A stretch of DNA of 64,000 bases from a virus (taxonomy: Duplodnaviria > Caudoviricetes): positions 1 to 64,000 of the IMG/VR virus record IMGVR_UViG_2595698521_000001; one strand, 5' to 3'. The notes under the pieces were generated by a model. It made no database searches, was not told the origin of the DNA, and saw only the letters and a program-made list of their open reading frames with translations. Below are positions 48,801-59,100 of the stretch, in pieces (position 1 is the first letter of the stretch; every line of letters begins with the position of its first letter). The translations under genes and the position numbers were made by a program.

Positions 48801-50191
48801 GTATAATCATTTGTTGAAAGTCCTTTACCTGCAACTTTATCCACTTTGTTATCAAGTGAAGTCATGATTGCGCCTACTGCTGATTCATTGTTTCCTAATT
48901 GCTCGGTAATCTCCTTAATCGTGTTAAGAAGCTCTTGATTCATACCTAAAACTTCATTGATTTTCGTATCAGTTTCCGTTTTAGAATATGTTGTACTTCT
49001 GTCCGCTTTTGCATTCCAAGCTGTTCTTTCCGCAGAAGTTATATGACGTACATTGTCGTCAGTGTGTACCTTAATTTTTCGATCAACCTCTGCCGAAGTT
49101 TCAAGTGGAGTCCATGCTTGCCAAGCTTTAGTATCTCCATTGTATGTGCGAATTTGAATCGTATCTTTCGCTTTCTCATGGTAGATTTGGAAGTTTCGGT
49201 GTTCTGAATCCATAAACGTAATAACTTCCCCGAATGGAGAAGGGAATCCAGTTTCTTGTCCACCTAATGCTTGGAAGCTAATCCCTTGCGGATACGTAGT
49301 AATAGAATCTGCTCCGTTCTTCCCAGTAATCATAGGTCTAATACCATTAGTTACAGTTAGTTTCCCCGTAATAGTACTATCTCCCGTTTTAGGTATAGAA
49401 GCGTTCTTTGCGTTTGTTTCCGCTTGGTTTGCTTTTGATTGCGCACCTTCCGGAGTTTCTTTCGCATTCCATGCTGTACGCTCTGCTGAAGTAACGTGTT
49501 TTACTGTATCACTGTTATGTGTGTTAAATTTCTTTAACACGTCATTTACTGCTCCAACCATAGTTCCTTTTTCGTCAGTCATTAAATCAGATAACAAACC
49601 ATTATAGCGGTTAATGATATCAACAACTTCGATTTGAGAAGCTGTATCTTCATAAGTACTTGGTGTAACTGTTAGACTTCCCGCTGTTCCCGCAATTTTA
49701 CATAGTTCAATGTAATTACCGCTAACAGGTTTTGTTGTAGTAAGTGTGTATGTAAGCTGAATTCTTCGGCTCGATTCTTCACCTATACGTGGGTCTAAAA
49801 TGTTGTTTACTTCCTCATTAGTAGTATGAGTATTTCCGTCTTTCTTAATTTTAGAACCCGCAGTAATTTCTATCTCATTTGTCGCTACATAAACAGTATT
49901 CCCCGTTGCTACTGTTAGGACAACATTTTCAATATTGATAATGTCACCATTAACAACTACTGTTTTGTCTTTAACTGTTAAGCTTGCTCCGCTAACAGTC
50001 ATAGTGCCACCTTTTAAAGCTCTGTCTCCGAATGATGCTCTAGTTACAGCTCGGATTTTTTCTAATGCTATTTTCTGCATTTCGTTTAGCTCTACTTCGA
50101 GTAAATGTCCGTCTTGTCCGAATTTTACTTGCGTAAAAGCTTTCTCTTTCTTGAACTTATCCGGTACAGAAAAGTCAACCGTGTGTGGCAT
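45812..50191 (-). CDS. tail fibre protein with knob domains and C-terminal intramolecular chaperone (peptidase S74)
   Basis: LLEVELNEMQ baseplate anchor, KGLSTNDYT, HxH repeats, W..W knob motifs, SDRKIKGDI autocleavage motif. Confidence 0.88.
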   Translation of the reverse strand: MPHTVDFSVPDKFKKEKAFTQVKFGQDGHLLEVELNEMQKIALEKIRAVTRASFGDRALKGGTMTVSGASLTVKDKTVVVNGDIINIENVVLTVATGNTVYVATNEIEITAGSKIKKDGNTHTTNEEVNNILDPRIGEESSRRIQLTYTLTTTKPVSGNYIELCKIAGTAGSLTVTPSTYEDTASQIEVVDIINRYNGLLSDLMTDEKGTMVGAVNDVLKKFNTHNSDTVKHVTSAERTAWNAKETPEGAQSKANQAETNAKNASIPKTGDSTITGKLTVTNGIRPMITGKNGADSITTYPQGISFQALGGQETGFPSPFGEVITFMDSEHRNFQIYHEKAKDTIQIRTYNGDTKAWQAWTPLETSAEVDRKIKVHTDDNVRHITSAERTAWNAKADRSTTYSKTETDTKINEVLGMNQELLNTIKEITEQLGNNESAVGAIMTSLDNKVDKVAGKGLSTNDYTTAEKNKLAGLSNYSLPIATASVLGGIKSGRDLVIQTDGTVEIADNSHAHTIDNITGLQSALNNKASLNHNHDTAYTASGNTIYSVQAGDVRTTTPTQFGATAPTKYKEVQFLFTGLNNVANSPYADAMVFSTYQDQSGGKINMLLLDKSQEGVYLQQGAFDGATWNAKRKLAFLDEVVDTKTFKDHADKPSIHKDWGQWRTNGGQDLLVWDKRAVVGMPTTGEDKLHLNYGKDFKNGVNINGPVKIDNTWDVIHAGWNIVREQTASTTVQSDWNAIITTGNYNVSDATGTRHASTPPNCYPYGTLEVYRNTSEDRHLFQRYTSHTGAQVFVRSAWNRTSWSAWKRLTDDEILATELAKQVTRAGDTMTGDLTMQDAGISINKSYQDATGATKWYKRKVIQASDADQYGMKLVIEGGGPVIIGAGEGALATVAPNVATSAENMFVTADADIYFLANVNTAWEDRKEMVFNRSGNLLVPGNISEGGTNLSAKYAGYNVKINSGAGLLGGSNIGTDTTLSVNFGGNGSATQVARSDHNHDTVYAKASHGNHVPNTETANGYRFLRNDNTWQNLPTAATGNPGIVQLTDASNSTSVTQAPTANALKRVFDTAEGLKTSKAEANHNHDSVYAFVKGDTFTGSLTVNHAYPLISKVQNKKSWTLWNDPSTQAISLVPSKSVNAQDWDVGNSIQFQDNGTVWGNYIRGGTTDKSMLMGVGASDAYITNTKSGKYLQLRDDGILSYAGDPVTLKSHWGSWEVRGTYDLTTLGGKRAMVGTTYGPGLVINYGNDFGKISMEGQVWIGREKENTTHRMQGNSLDFMINNVVYDNYITFNSNGVGTEGKEPTIMPYPRSGYGFVGTNDFKFYKGYTSAGWIQASDRKIKGDIQVYDDEMGYNALKDLSIYTYHYTDRENSENEMKLGTMADELPFFVLDKDGETFDTNPSVDIYSFASLVASGTKHNIEKTEAQEERIDALETENAELKNTLAEVLERLAKLEGSN

Positions 50192-50256
50192 AATATCACT
50201 CCTTTATTGGTAAAAGTAAAAAGAAAAGGTAAAAGACAAAGCTTTTACCATATTAA

Positions 50257-50901
50257 TTAGAATGTGAATCGTAATGTACGAGTGATTTCCATTCCACTAG
50301 TTTTGAAGATTACACCGTGAGTTTTACGGTTAATCATATGTCCACTTCCTAAAACATCGACTTTACAGTCAGCTCCACCACCGAAGATTCCGAACTCACG
50401 TAAATATCCGTTTGCTTCAGTAGATAGGAAAGTTACTTTAATTTGAATGCGGTTTGTAACAGTAGAAACAACTGCGTTAGCGCCATCAATGAAAGAGATA
50501 TCCGATAGTTGGATAGCTTTTCGGAAGAATGGAGTAGCTAATGCCTTGTCAGTTACGTTTGGTGCAGGTGGGTTTGCATCGTCCCATGTACTTTGTCCGC
50601 TTCCTACTTCCCATTGCAAAGCTCCTTGATAACCTGTGTGACGTTTAATTAGTGCCGCAATTAATTTACTCGCTTCATTTACTACTGTGTTGTAACCTAC
50701 TGGAAGCTCTAATACATCTCCCGCTTTTGCGTTCACTGTAATATCTTCCGTAACTTTGTAGATTCCGTCTTTTACGAATTTAATAGTGTCAGTGATTTGT
50801 CCGATAAATTTCGGTTTCATAGAATCCTCATCCACTAAATGCAATCCGCTTACCTCGTTATCTACTGCTTTCTTTTCCATTTCATCATAATATACTGCCA
50901 T
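50257..50901 (-). CDS. baseplate/tail-fibre attachment protein
   Basis: NTVVN, VGSG, EANGYLREFGIFGG. Confidence 0.7.
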   Translation of the reverse strand: MAVYYDEMEKKAVDNEVSGLHLVDEDSMKPKFIGQITDTIKFVKDGIYKVTEDITVNAKAGDVLELPVGYNTVVNEASKLIAALIKRHTGYQGALQWEVGSGQSTWDDANPPAPNVTDKALATPFFRKAIQLSDISFIDGANAVVSTVTNRIQIKVTFLSTEANGYLREFGIFGGGADCKVDVLGSGHMINRKTHGVIFKTSGMEITRTLRFTF

Positions 50902-50914
50902 TGTTTATTCCTCC

Positions 50915-52039
50915 TTATAATTGGGTAATTTTTGTTGGTATACTTAATCTTAATGTGTTTAGGCGTTTTGTTTCTGAATTCAATGAGTGAGTCCAGTCTA
51001 ACATTACACCTTCTGAATCTTCTGCGATTTTCTGCGTATAAACATCCTCGTCAGTCATTGCAACTATTTCTTCTACTGTATCGGAATTTCTATCCATATT
51101 ATATGTCTCTTCTACCACGTCACGCAAGACTTCAATAACTTCTTCTACAGCAGATTTTACATCAAAGTCCTCATCACCATCATCCAAAGCTACTTGTTCG
51201 CTATGTGAATCCCCGAAATTAGGTAATGAATAGTTATCTTCCATGCCATCATCAACGAATAGTTGGTCAAGGTATTCGATTACCGTATCTTTCGTATAAT
51301 CCTTTAGCTCCGTGTCAATTATAGTCATGATTTCCTTATCAACTTCTTCTTTAATAGCTTGGAAAGCGTAAGTTTCATTATCATACGTTTTGACTTCTTC
51401 ATAGTGGTAAGAATCATCGAACCTACTTCTATCTTCATTGTACTTATCTTCGTAGTACAAGATGATACTTGGAAATAGCTCATGGTTTACTGGTCGGAAC
51501 TTCTCCGCTTGTTTACTAAATAACTCTAGTTTCTGCGCAATTTTGTCCTCCCCAGTACCTTCATTAACATCAATCGTAATTACAATACGGTTTCGGTCTT
51601 TTACAGTACCGTCCGGATTATATGTACGGTTTTTCCACACTACATTAGTAGTTGCTTCTTTACTGTAAATTTGACGTGCTAAGTAATCAAATACAGCCGA
51701 AGTTCCTTTTAATTTATACAAAGTCGGTACTAATTTTAATAATCCCCTTTGTTCAATTTCAGTCATTTCATAAGGAATATCAAAACCGATTTGTCTAAAT
51801 AAGTGCGGTAAGAATTCCGGTGGACATTTATCTATGTCATATAGGTTAAAATGTCCATCAATCTTTTCCCGCATAAAGTCCAATCCCGTACCAACTACTT
51901 GCATGAATCGTTTCAGTGGTAACGGGTCGGGCTTAATCTTGGAATCTTCTTCTTTATAGATGTTAGGGAGAAGGTTATACAACTCTTCCCCCATTGATTT
52001 CTTATTTTTTCTATTGGACACCTTGAATTCCTCCTTCAA
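50915..52039 (-). CDS. baseplate wedge protein (P2 gpI-like) with acidic C-terminal half
   Basis: LYNLLP, DIDKCP.EFL..L...G, YKLKGT; follows baseplate J. Confidence 0.75.
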   Translation of the reverse strand: MKEEFKVSNRKNKKSMGEELYNLLPNIYKEEDSKIKPDPLPLKRFMQVVGTGLDFMREKIDGHFNLYDIDKCPPEFLPHLFRQIGFDIPYEMTEIEQRGLLKLVPTLYKLKGTSAVFDYLARQIYSKEATTNVVWKNRTYNPDGTVKDRNRIVITIDVNEGTGEDKIAQKLELFSKQAEKFRPVNHELFPSIILYYEDKYNEDRSRFDDSYHYEEVKTYDNETYAFQAIKEEVDKEIMTIIDTELKDYTKDTVIEYLDQLFVDDGMEDNYSLPNFGDSHSEQVALDDGDEDFDVKSAVEEVIEVLRDVVEETYNMDRNSDTVEEIVAMTDEDVYTQKIAEDSEGVMLDWTHSLNSETKRLNTLRLSIPTKITQL

Positions 52040-53441
52040 CGGTGATATTCACATTTCTTAGCTTCGGAAGCTCATTGAATGCAGAAGCAATATCACCTGT
52101 CGGAGAACTGATCACCACGTTACGAATACCAGGTACAAAGAATGTGCGCTGAATAACTTTTGATAGGTAGATAGTTTCTCCTAATTCAAAGTTTCTTGGA
52201 TGTAGGTACGTAAGCAACTCCGCTTGCAACTCTTCTTTCACATCTGAAGCAACAAAACCATCATGTAAGAAAATCTTTAAACTCATATCGAACTCTTTGT
52301 ACATACAAGTGTATACGTTCAATTTTGAGTTAACTACACGAACACGGTTTAATTCCTCTGCTACCTTGTCGATTAAAGCTTGCGGTGCAGGTGTGTACTC
52401 ATCAGTAGCTATGTAAAGATTTACGTTATTGTCTTTATCAAACGTTTCTTTACAAATAGCTCTACTTACACCGGAAATTGTTTCCGCAATATCTGCATGG
52501 TCTTGAACGGTTACTGCTTTACCTAAAGTACGATTATACTTAGGTGCAACTTCTCGTGCATGTTCTACTGTTTCCGAATCTTCTCCACCGACTGCTTCCT
52601 CTTCATTCGTTACTGATTGGATGCTACTAATTGAAGTATCGTATAAGAAGTTAATTTTACCGGGTGCTAAATTCCCTTTGTTTCCTCCACCATGTCGGTA
52701 TGAAGCAAAAATGTTTACATCCAATGGTGGTTTCATTCCCGCAACTCCCGAACCGAAAATGATAGTCGTGTAATTATCTTCATCAATTTCAGTCATAAAG
52801 TGGCGGTCTGTTTGTTGGGATTCTAGTAAATTATCTACTAGTTTCCAAGTGTAATCTTTCCCGTTTTCGTTCGTAACTACTAACAATGTATCTTCTAATA
52901 CTTCCGCACTTTCTAGGCGGTATCGTTGGTCGGGTTGGTTAGTACCTTTTCCGACTAATTCACGTATTTCGGATTCTCCTTGCGTAGCTGTTACAGTTCC
53001 CTCCATTACTCCCTCCGGAAGTACCAAAGGTGCGTCAATCTCGAAAATGATTGGCTCTCCTAAATCGGGATTTGTACTTACTTTTGCTCTTTGCGGTACT
53101 ACTACATATTGGTCTTTTCGGAATGCTTCTTTCGTGAATTTTAGCGTAACAACGGAAGCACTTTGTTTTTTAGGCTCATACCCTAAGAACTTACAGCCTA
53201 AAAGAATAGCTCTTTTCGTCGTTGCAGTATGAAGGAAGTTTTCGTTAACACCTTTATCTTGGTAGTATCCTAAAACATGTAGTCCGTAAGACAATGCTTG
53301 CAGAATTACGATACCTTGGTCAGATTCGGACATATCCGTCCATTCCGGAGTTAAAGAAGGAATCATTCCTTTCATCATCTGAAAGAATCCTTCATAATCC
53401 TTTGTAACGTAATCAATAGGTAATTGTTTTACTTCACTCAT
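52011..53441 (-). CDS. baseplate J-like protein
   Basis: IDYVTKDY, PEWTD, FGSGVAG, GG..GN, GGEDSE, AVTVQD. Confidence 0.88.
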   Translation of the reverse strand: MSEVKQLPIDYVTKDYEGFFQMMKGMIPSLTPEWTDMSESDQGIVILQALSYGLHVLGYYQDKGVNENFLHTATTKRAILLGCKFLGYEPKKQSASVVTLKFTKEAFRKDQYVVVPQRAKVSTNPDLGEPIIFEIDAPLVLPEGVMEGTVTATQGESEIRELVGKGTNQPDQRYRLESAEVLEDTLLVVTNENGKDYTWKLVDNLLESQQTDRHFMTEIDEDNYTTIIFGSGVAGMKPPLDVNIFASYRHGGGNKGNLAPGKINFLYDTSISSIQSVTNEEEAVGGEDSETVEHAREVAPKYNRTLGKAVTVQDHADIAETISGVSRAICKETFDKDNNVNLYIATDEYTPAPQALIDKVAEELNRVRVVNSKLNVYTCMYKEFDMSLKIFLHDGFVASDVKEELQAELLTYLHPRNFELGETIYLSKVIQRTFFVPGIRNVVISSPTGDIASAFNELPKLRNVNITVEGGIQGVQ

Positions 53442-53453
53442 TTATCCCACCTC

Positions 53454-53852
53454 CTATTGTGGTAAAACTACTGGAATCTTAAATGTTTCTGTTCTTTGGA
53501 ATTTAATGATTTTAGCTTCTACCTCAATATACATTGTACTGTCTTCCGTTGGAGATGTGTATACTTTTACATTTAATACTTCGATTCTATCCTCGTATCT
53601 CATTAACGCTTGTTTTATTTTATGACCTAAGATAGCCATATCCGTAATATCTCCATTTACTTCAAACATATGATGCTTTAATTCTGTCCCGAATTCTCCG
53701 TTATAAATTCGTTCTCCTACCGTAGTAAAAACGATTTGTCTCATTGATTCCTCAATGCGGGAAAAATCATCATATGATAGTTTGGAAGTTGCTACACCTC
53801 CACTAGCTCCAAAACGGAAAGGGAATGATATCCCTTTGTATTGTTCTGCCAT
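53454..53852 (-). CDS. baseplate wedge gp25/GPW family
   Basis: GISFPF, GERIY..EFG, YEDRI. Confidence 0.9.
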   Translation of the reverse strand: MAEQYKGISFPFRFGASGGVATSKLSYDDFSRIEESMRQIVFTTVGERIYNGEFGTELKHHMFEVNGDITDMAILGHKIKQALMRYEDRIEVLNVKVYTSPTEDSTMYIEVEAKIIKFQRTETFKIPVVLPQ

Positions 53853-53865
53853 TCATATTCACTCC

Positions 53866-54105
53866 CTAATAGAATTGTCCCATCCAAACGGGTTTATCTA
53901 GCTCTCCCATCTCAAAGAAGATGTACACCCATTCTCCGGCTTTTGGTGGTGTCCCTGCAAATTGCGGAGGTAGGCAAGCTCTCGCCCATCCTAATTCATT
54001 TCCGTTGAATAGGTAGGGACTCTTTACTAATAATCTTTTCTTATTTTCGGGGTCTGCGTCATTAACTACTTGTGCTAAATAATTCCCGTAAACTTTCCCT
54101 GCCAT
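53866..54105 (-). CDS. Gp5/gpV N-terminal OB-fold protein (stand-alone)
   Basis: G.Y.A.V....DP...R, WA, P..GEWV..FE.G....PVW.G. Confidence 0.75.
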   Translation of the reverse strand: MAGKVYGNYLAQVVNDADPENKKRLLVKSPYLFNGNELGWARACLPPQFAGTPPKAGEWVYIFFEMGELDKPVWMGQFY

Positions 54106-54115
54106 AGTATCCCTC

Positions 54116-54613
54116 CTACTTTAGTAAATGACCTGGTATTTTATAAACTTCTCCTACAGATACATACCAATATTTCGTGTTTCCTTGTACTACGGGTTGT
54201 TTTCCGTTGTATGGATACCATTCTCGGTATGCAGTAGCAGATTTACAGAATCGTTCCGAAATGTTCCATGCAGTATCCCCACGAGTGACTGTATAAACTT
54301 TTTCCGCTTTATTAGTCGTATTACCCGTTGGTCTATCTACATCAGATTTTTCTTGTGGAACTCCATTTGATACGGTTTTCTCTACCTCTAATGATGTAGT
54401 TAGTCCATCCGTCAAATTGAATTTATGCGTTACTTTCTTTACTCGGTAATTCCCATCGAATACAGCTCCCGTACCTATTACTCGATATACGTCATTTGGT
54501 CTATATCCTACGTTTGGGATTACTTCCATTGTTCCCTCTTGGACAAAGTTCTCTTTCTCCGCAAAATCCTTGTCTTTCTTAGAAGACGCTCGGAATACAT
54601 AAGCTTGTGCCAT
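54116..54613 (-). CDS. baseplate hub C-terminal-like domain plus LysM
   Basis: G..FDGNYRVKKVTH...G; YTVTRGDTAWNIS LysM. Confidence 0.7.
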   Translation of the reverse strand: MAQAYVFRASSKKDKDFAEKENFVQEGTMEVIPNVGYRPNDVYRVIGTGAVFDGNYRVKKVTHKFNLTDGLTTSLEVEKTVSNGVPQEKSDVDRPTGNTTNKAEKVYTVTRGDTAWNISERFCKSATAYREWYPYNGKQPVVQGNTKYWYVSVGEVYKIPGHLLK

Positions 54614-55353
54614 TAGTAATCCCCTCCATCATCTCCACCATCATCCCAGTCAGAGCCAGTGTCAGTATCGTCATCTTCAGCATCCATTACTTCTAGCTCA
54701 CTAAATACCGGATTAAATGATTTGATTGCTTTATTTCCTACTTTGTATCCTAATGTTTCAAGCGGGAAATCTTTTAGTGACTTCTTCCCGAAATAATACT
54801 TTCCGGAAGGTGTGCGGAAGAAGTTCCATCCCATTTCTTTTGCCTTACGTTGACAGAACTCAATTACGTTCTCATTATTTACTGGGATATGTGGTAAAAC
54901 TGTATAAGTATTATCCACTTCAGAATCAGCACGTAACCATCTGAACCAGTTATTAATCATGAACGTTAATGTTTGGTTTGTAGCGGTATAGCTCATTCTC
55001 CCACGTAACGGGTCAAAGTCTCCTGCAATACCGGATACAATTAAAGTAGGAACTCCGGAGTCCGGATATTCTGCTTCAACACCACTAATCTTTCCATCGA
55101 AAACACGTCTAATATCTCCACGGTGTCCTAATGTAATACTTAGTGAAGCGCCTTTTACGATGATATCCGCATCACTCCAAAAGTTATCAATGTCATTCAC
55201 TTTAACTTTTGCAATTCCGGATTTTAAATCATCCGTTTCTTCTACTTCTATTTCTTCAATGTTCTGTTTCATCTTTGCGGTAATTTCTTTTCCCGCAATC
55301 CAAATATCCATTACCGGATTAATAATTACGTCTTGGTGTAATCGTTTAGACAT
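54613..55353 (-). CDS. baseplate hub (late control D / gp27-like) N-terminal part
   Basis: I.LG....VFDGKI, Q/NE...EF..R.A...G. Confidence 0.7.
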   Translation of the reverse strand: MSKRLHQDVIINPVMDIWIAGKEITAKMKQNIEEIEVEETDDLKSGIAKVKVNDIDNFWSDADIIVKGASLSITLGHRGDIRRVFDGKISGVEAEYPDSGVPTLIVSGIAGDFDPLRGRMSYTATNQTLTFMINNWFRWLRADSEVDNTYTVLPHIPVNNENVIEFCQRKAKEMGWNFFRTPSGKYYFGKKSLKDFPLETLGYKVGNKAIKSFNPVFSELEVMDAEDDDTDTGSDWDDGGDDGGDY

Positions 55354-55642
55354 TGTACATCACCCTTTGTGGAAGAGGAACAACAATTTGATCACCGGGC
55401 TTTACATCGAATGGAGTATTGTAGTTTGGATTTGCGTCCAATAGTACCCATTCTAATTGCTCGTCCCCGTATAGACTTTTTGCAATTAAGTCTAATCTAT
55501 CTCCTTGTTGAATCTCAATAATGAAATCCTCTTTTGCTTCCGAAAATTGTCTTTCTCGTAGCGGGTCTAAGAACATAATTTCCGGATTATTTACGTCTTG
55601 GAAAACGTAAGCACCTTCGAATCTGCTGTGTCGGAAAATCAT
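55346..55642 (-). CDS. tail protein X / LysM-like
   Basis: GDRLDLIA..LYGD...W....DANP...PG..I.VP. Confidence 0.8.
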   Translation of the reverse strand: MIFRHSRFEGAYVFQDVNNPEIMFLDPLRERQFSEAKEDFIIEIQQGDRLDLIAKSLYGDEQLEWVLLDANPNYNTPFDVKPGDQIVVPLPQRVMYNV

Positions 55643-55653
55643 TCTATCCCTCC

Positions 55654-56097
55654 TTAATAGTAAGTATCTTTAATCAGCGCAATTGTTACAGAAATAGTTG
55701 CTTCAGTTGGCTGTAATTCCGGTGAAAATGCTGTATACTTCGCTTCTACGTTAGTAATATAGCAATCTGAAACGAACCATCCATATGCAAATACTGCTTT
55801 TCTCGGATGCTGTACATCTGCTCTATTATTTTGAGAAGGTAAGTAGCTTTCTAAGTGCCATACCCATTTCTTCGTTATTCCGTCTTCGACTTTATCATTT
55901 ACATAGATGTCAAAAGTTACGTTTCTTCGTTCTGCACCTGCGTACACAAAAAGCGGATAAGTCATATACGGTGTTTTAATCTCGTTAAAAGTAACCGCAT
56001 GAGTATCTGTAAAAGTAGTAGGATTGTATAAGAATTTTAATCCTCCTAAACTCGCTTTCGATGCAACGTGACGTGGTACTAATTGCATAGCATTCAC
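55654..56097 (-). CDS. tube initiator (CIS tube / Afp7-like)
   Basis: FLYNPT, F.YG...C.IT.V...YT.F...L.P..A. Confidence 0.7.
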   Translation of the reverse strand: MNAMQLVPRHVASKASLGGLKFLYNPTTFTDTHAVTFNEIKTPYMTYPLFVYAGAERRNVTFDIYVNDKVEDGITKKWVWHLESYLPSQNNRADVQHPRKAVFAYGWFVSDCYITNVEAKYTAFSPELQPTEATISVTIALIKDTYY

Positions 56098-56168
56098 TCC
56101 TTTCTTACCTAATTATAGTTTACTTCTCATATAAAAAGAAGGTGGAACATTACGCTCCACCTGTCTTC

Positions 56169-59100
56169 TTAGTATTGGTCAATCATTTGTGTGAATGTTA
56201 ACTTGCTTTTCCCATTTCTTCTACGTTCTTCACGTAACAAGCGTTGTAATTCTTTCAAGATGTATTTCGCTTGGCGTTTTACATCTGCCATGCTTGTTCC
56301 TGCCATTGATTCCGGCAATTGTACAGTGAAGTTGCTAATGTTAATGCTGTTATCTTCGTTTACAGGAGTAGATGAAGCTTGCTGTCTTCCTCCTGCTTGT
56401 TGTGGTCTTGTTTGGTTGAAGTTCACACCTAACTTCTGTCTTGCTACTTCTAATAATTCTGCACCGCGGGCTTTCTTCGTAGTCGGGATAATTACTTCTT
56501 CCCCGTCTTCTCCGACAACTCCCATATGAGGTTTGTCGATGACTCCACCTTCAGCATACATTTTCAGTCCTGCCATTAATCCAAACATAGAATCAACTTG
56601 TGGGTCTGACATTTCAGTTGATTTACGGAAGATGTCTTTTTGCTTCTCGTTGTGCTGTCCTCCGTTTGGAACAAGTCCGAATCCTAGCATGCTTGCAGTA
56701 TCATGTAATAGGTTAGAAGCATATCCACGCATATTACCGGAAAGTGGAATGATTGCTTCGGGACCTGCTTCCCCGATTACCCCGAATGTAGGAGCGTTGA
56801 CGATTCCCCCACGTGCTTTCTTACTTCCTCCCCCTAATGCACTACTTAAAGCTCCTCCGACAATAGGGATATTAGATGCTAAATCAGCAAGTTTTCCTTT
56901 CGCCCAGTCTACTGCTTCCCCTACTTTGGTCGTGATTCCTTCCCAAAGTGCTTGACCAATATCCATTGCGATTTCTCCTGCTGTTTCAACTAATGTGAGT
57001 AAACATTCTCCGGCAAATTTAACAACTTCCTTGAATGTATCCCATCCGTGTTCTTTTACCCAATCCCATGCTTGACCAAGTTTCTCCTTGATGGATTCAT
57101 ACAATTGGATAGCAGTTTCTTTACCGTGGTTCTTAATCCAGTTCCATGCAGTTTTTGCCGCATTAACGATTGCGTCCCAGTTAGTAAAGATTGTTACGAT
57201 AATATCCCATGCCATTAACGCCCATCCAAGAATCGGAATTGCTCGGAATCCTAACATGAATACTTTCGGAATTCCTTTAGTAACTACTCCACCGATTCCT
57301 CGAACCATTCCTCCCCCTGCTCTAGTTCCGGCACTTGCCGCACCTGTTACGACTCCCCCGAAAATACGAGTTGCAGAGATTCCGGCACGAGCGGTAGTTG
57401 TTACTGCACGTCCTAGTGAACGTCCTGCACGTCCTCCTACACGTCCTGCTGTGTTTTCAATACCTGTGAATAAGGTATTCCATCTAGCATTAGCTCTTGC
57501 TTGACGTTGCATGTTTCTTCCTAAGTTACGTCCTGCTCTTGTTCCCGCTTGTCCTGCTTGTGTTTCTACTGGACGGAATAATGCTCCACCGGATATTCTG
57601 TTCATTCCGGATTTAAAAGCATTAGTGAATCGGTTTCCGGCACGTCTACCGGATTGTTGAGCTTGGTTTTCGTAGCTTCGGAATATCATACCTCCGGACA
57701 TTCTATTCATTCCTGCTTTGAAAGCATTCGTAAATCTATTTCCGGAGCGTTGTCCTGCTCCTTGTGCTTGTGCTTCAAATCCACGGAAAGCTTGACCTGC
57801 GGTGATTCTATTCATTCCTCGTTTAAAGGCATTCGTGAATCTATTCCCCGCTTGTTGTCCTCCCGTTTGCGCTTGTCGAATTACACCTGCTGTATTTAGT
57901 CGTCCTGCAACGAATCGTACAGTTTGGGTAATTGGTCTAGTTACTGCTGAAGCTCCACGTCCTACCGCTTGTCCTGCACGTGAACCACGAACAGCATTTA
58001 CTCCCATTCCTAATCCTTGTGCGGTATTTCGTCCTACTTGTCTTACTCCTGCGCCCACTTGACGGAATGGTGCAGAAATCATACTTCCGGCAGGTTGAAC
58101 GATGTTACGACCTAATGCAGAAGTCGCTTGTCGTGTAGCTCGTCTTGCAGTAACAGTTGCTCTACGGAATGGTGAAGCATTGTTTTGTACACGAGTATCA
58201 TTGCTACGTGGATTTAGAAGACCACCTTGACGTAATACATTTCTTCTACGTCCGTTGTTGTCGTAAGTGTCATACGCTTGTCCGAATAATGCACGACTAA
58301 TTCTACCTTGTCGTCTTTGGTACATTGCTTGTCCGCTTTGTGTACGTCCACCTGCACTTACTCCACGTTCTAAATCTCTTCTTCCTTGCTCTGTTCTTGC
58401 TCTTCCTCTGATTCTGTCCGCTTCTTCGTTGTTTACTCGTGTTCCAACTCCACGTCCCATCAATCTACCTAATAATCCTCCGCTTCTTTGTTGCGCTCTT
58501 GATAGGCTTCGTTGGTCACGTTGACGTTGACGCTCTACACGTCCCATTGGAGGCATCATTGGTAATGGAACCATTGTTGGACGAGCCGGACCATGCATTG
58601 CTGAAGTTTGTGTTGGTGTTGCAGTTGGTGTATGTCCACTTGCCATAGGTACACGGTTTCCGTTTCTATCATTCAATAGTACAGAATGCGCTCCTACAAC
58701 TCCTGCTCCACCTGTTCCTCCTGCACCGGGTCTTCCGTTAGCTCCAATTACTCCTGCTCCCGTAGTTCCTAATGCTCCACGCATTGCACCTGCTCCACGG
58801 ACAGCTTGTGTTGCTCCGGAAATTGCTCCCCCGATACTTCTAAACTTCCCTGCTACTTTATTCAATGGACTAAATAACGTTTTAAGAATCTTGAATCCTG
58901 CTAACATTGCTACAGCGTATCCAATTGCTTTCCCTACGTCATACCATCCATCTTTCATTCCCGTCATTTTTCCGATTGCTTCACCGAAGTTTTTAGCGTC
59001 CCCGCTTCCTCCGAATAACTTACTAAATCCGTTAAAGATACTTGTTAGTACTTTGTCGATATTCTGTAATTGGTTATACATCTTATCCCAAACTTCAACA

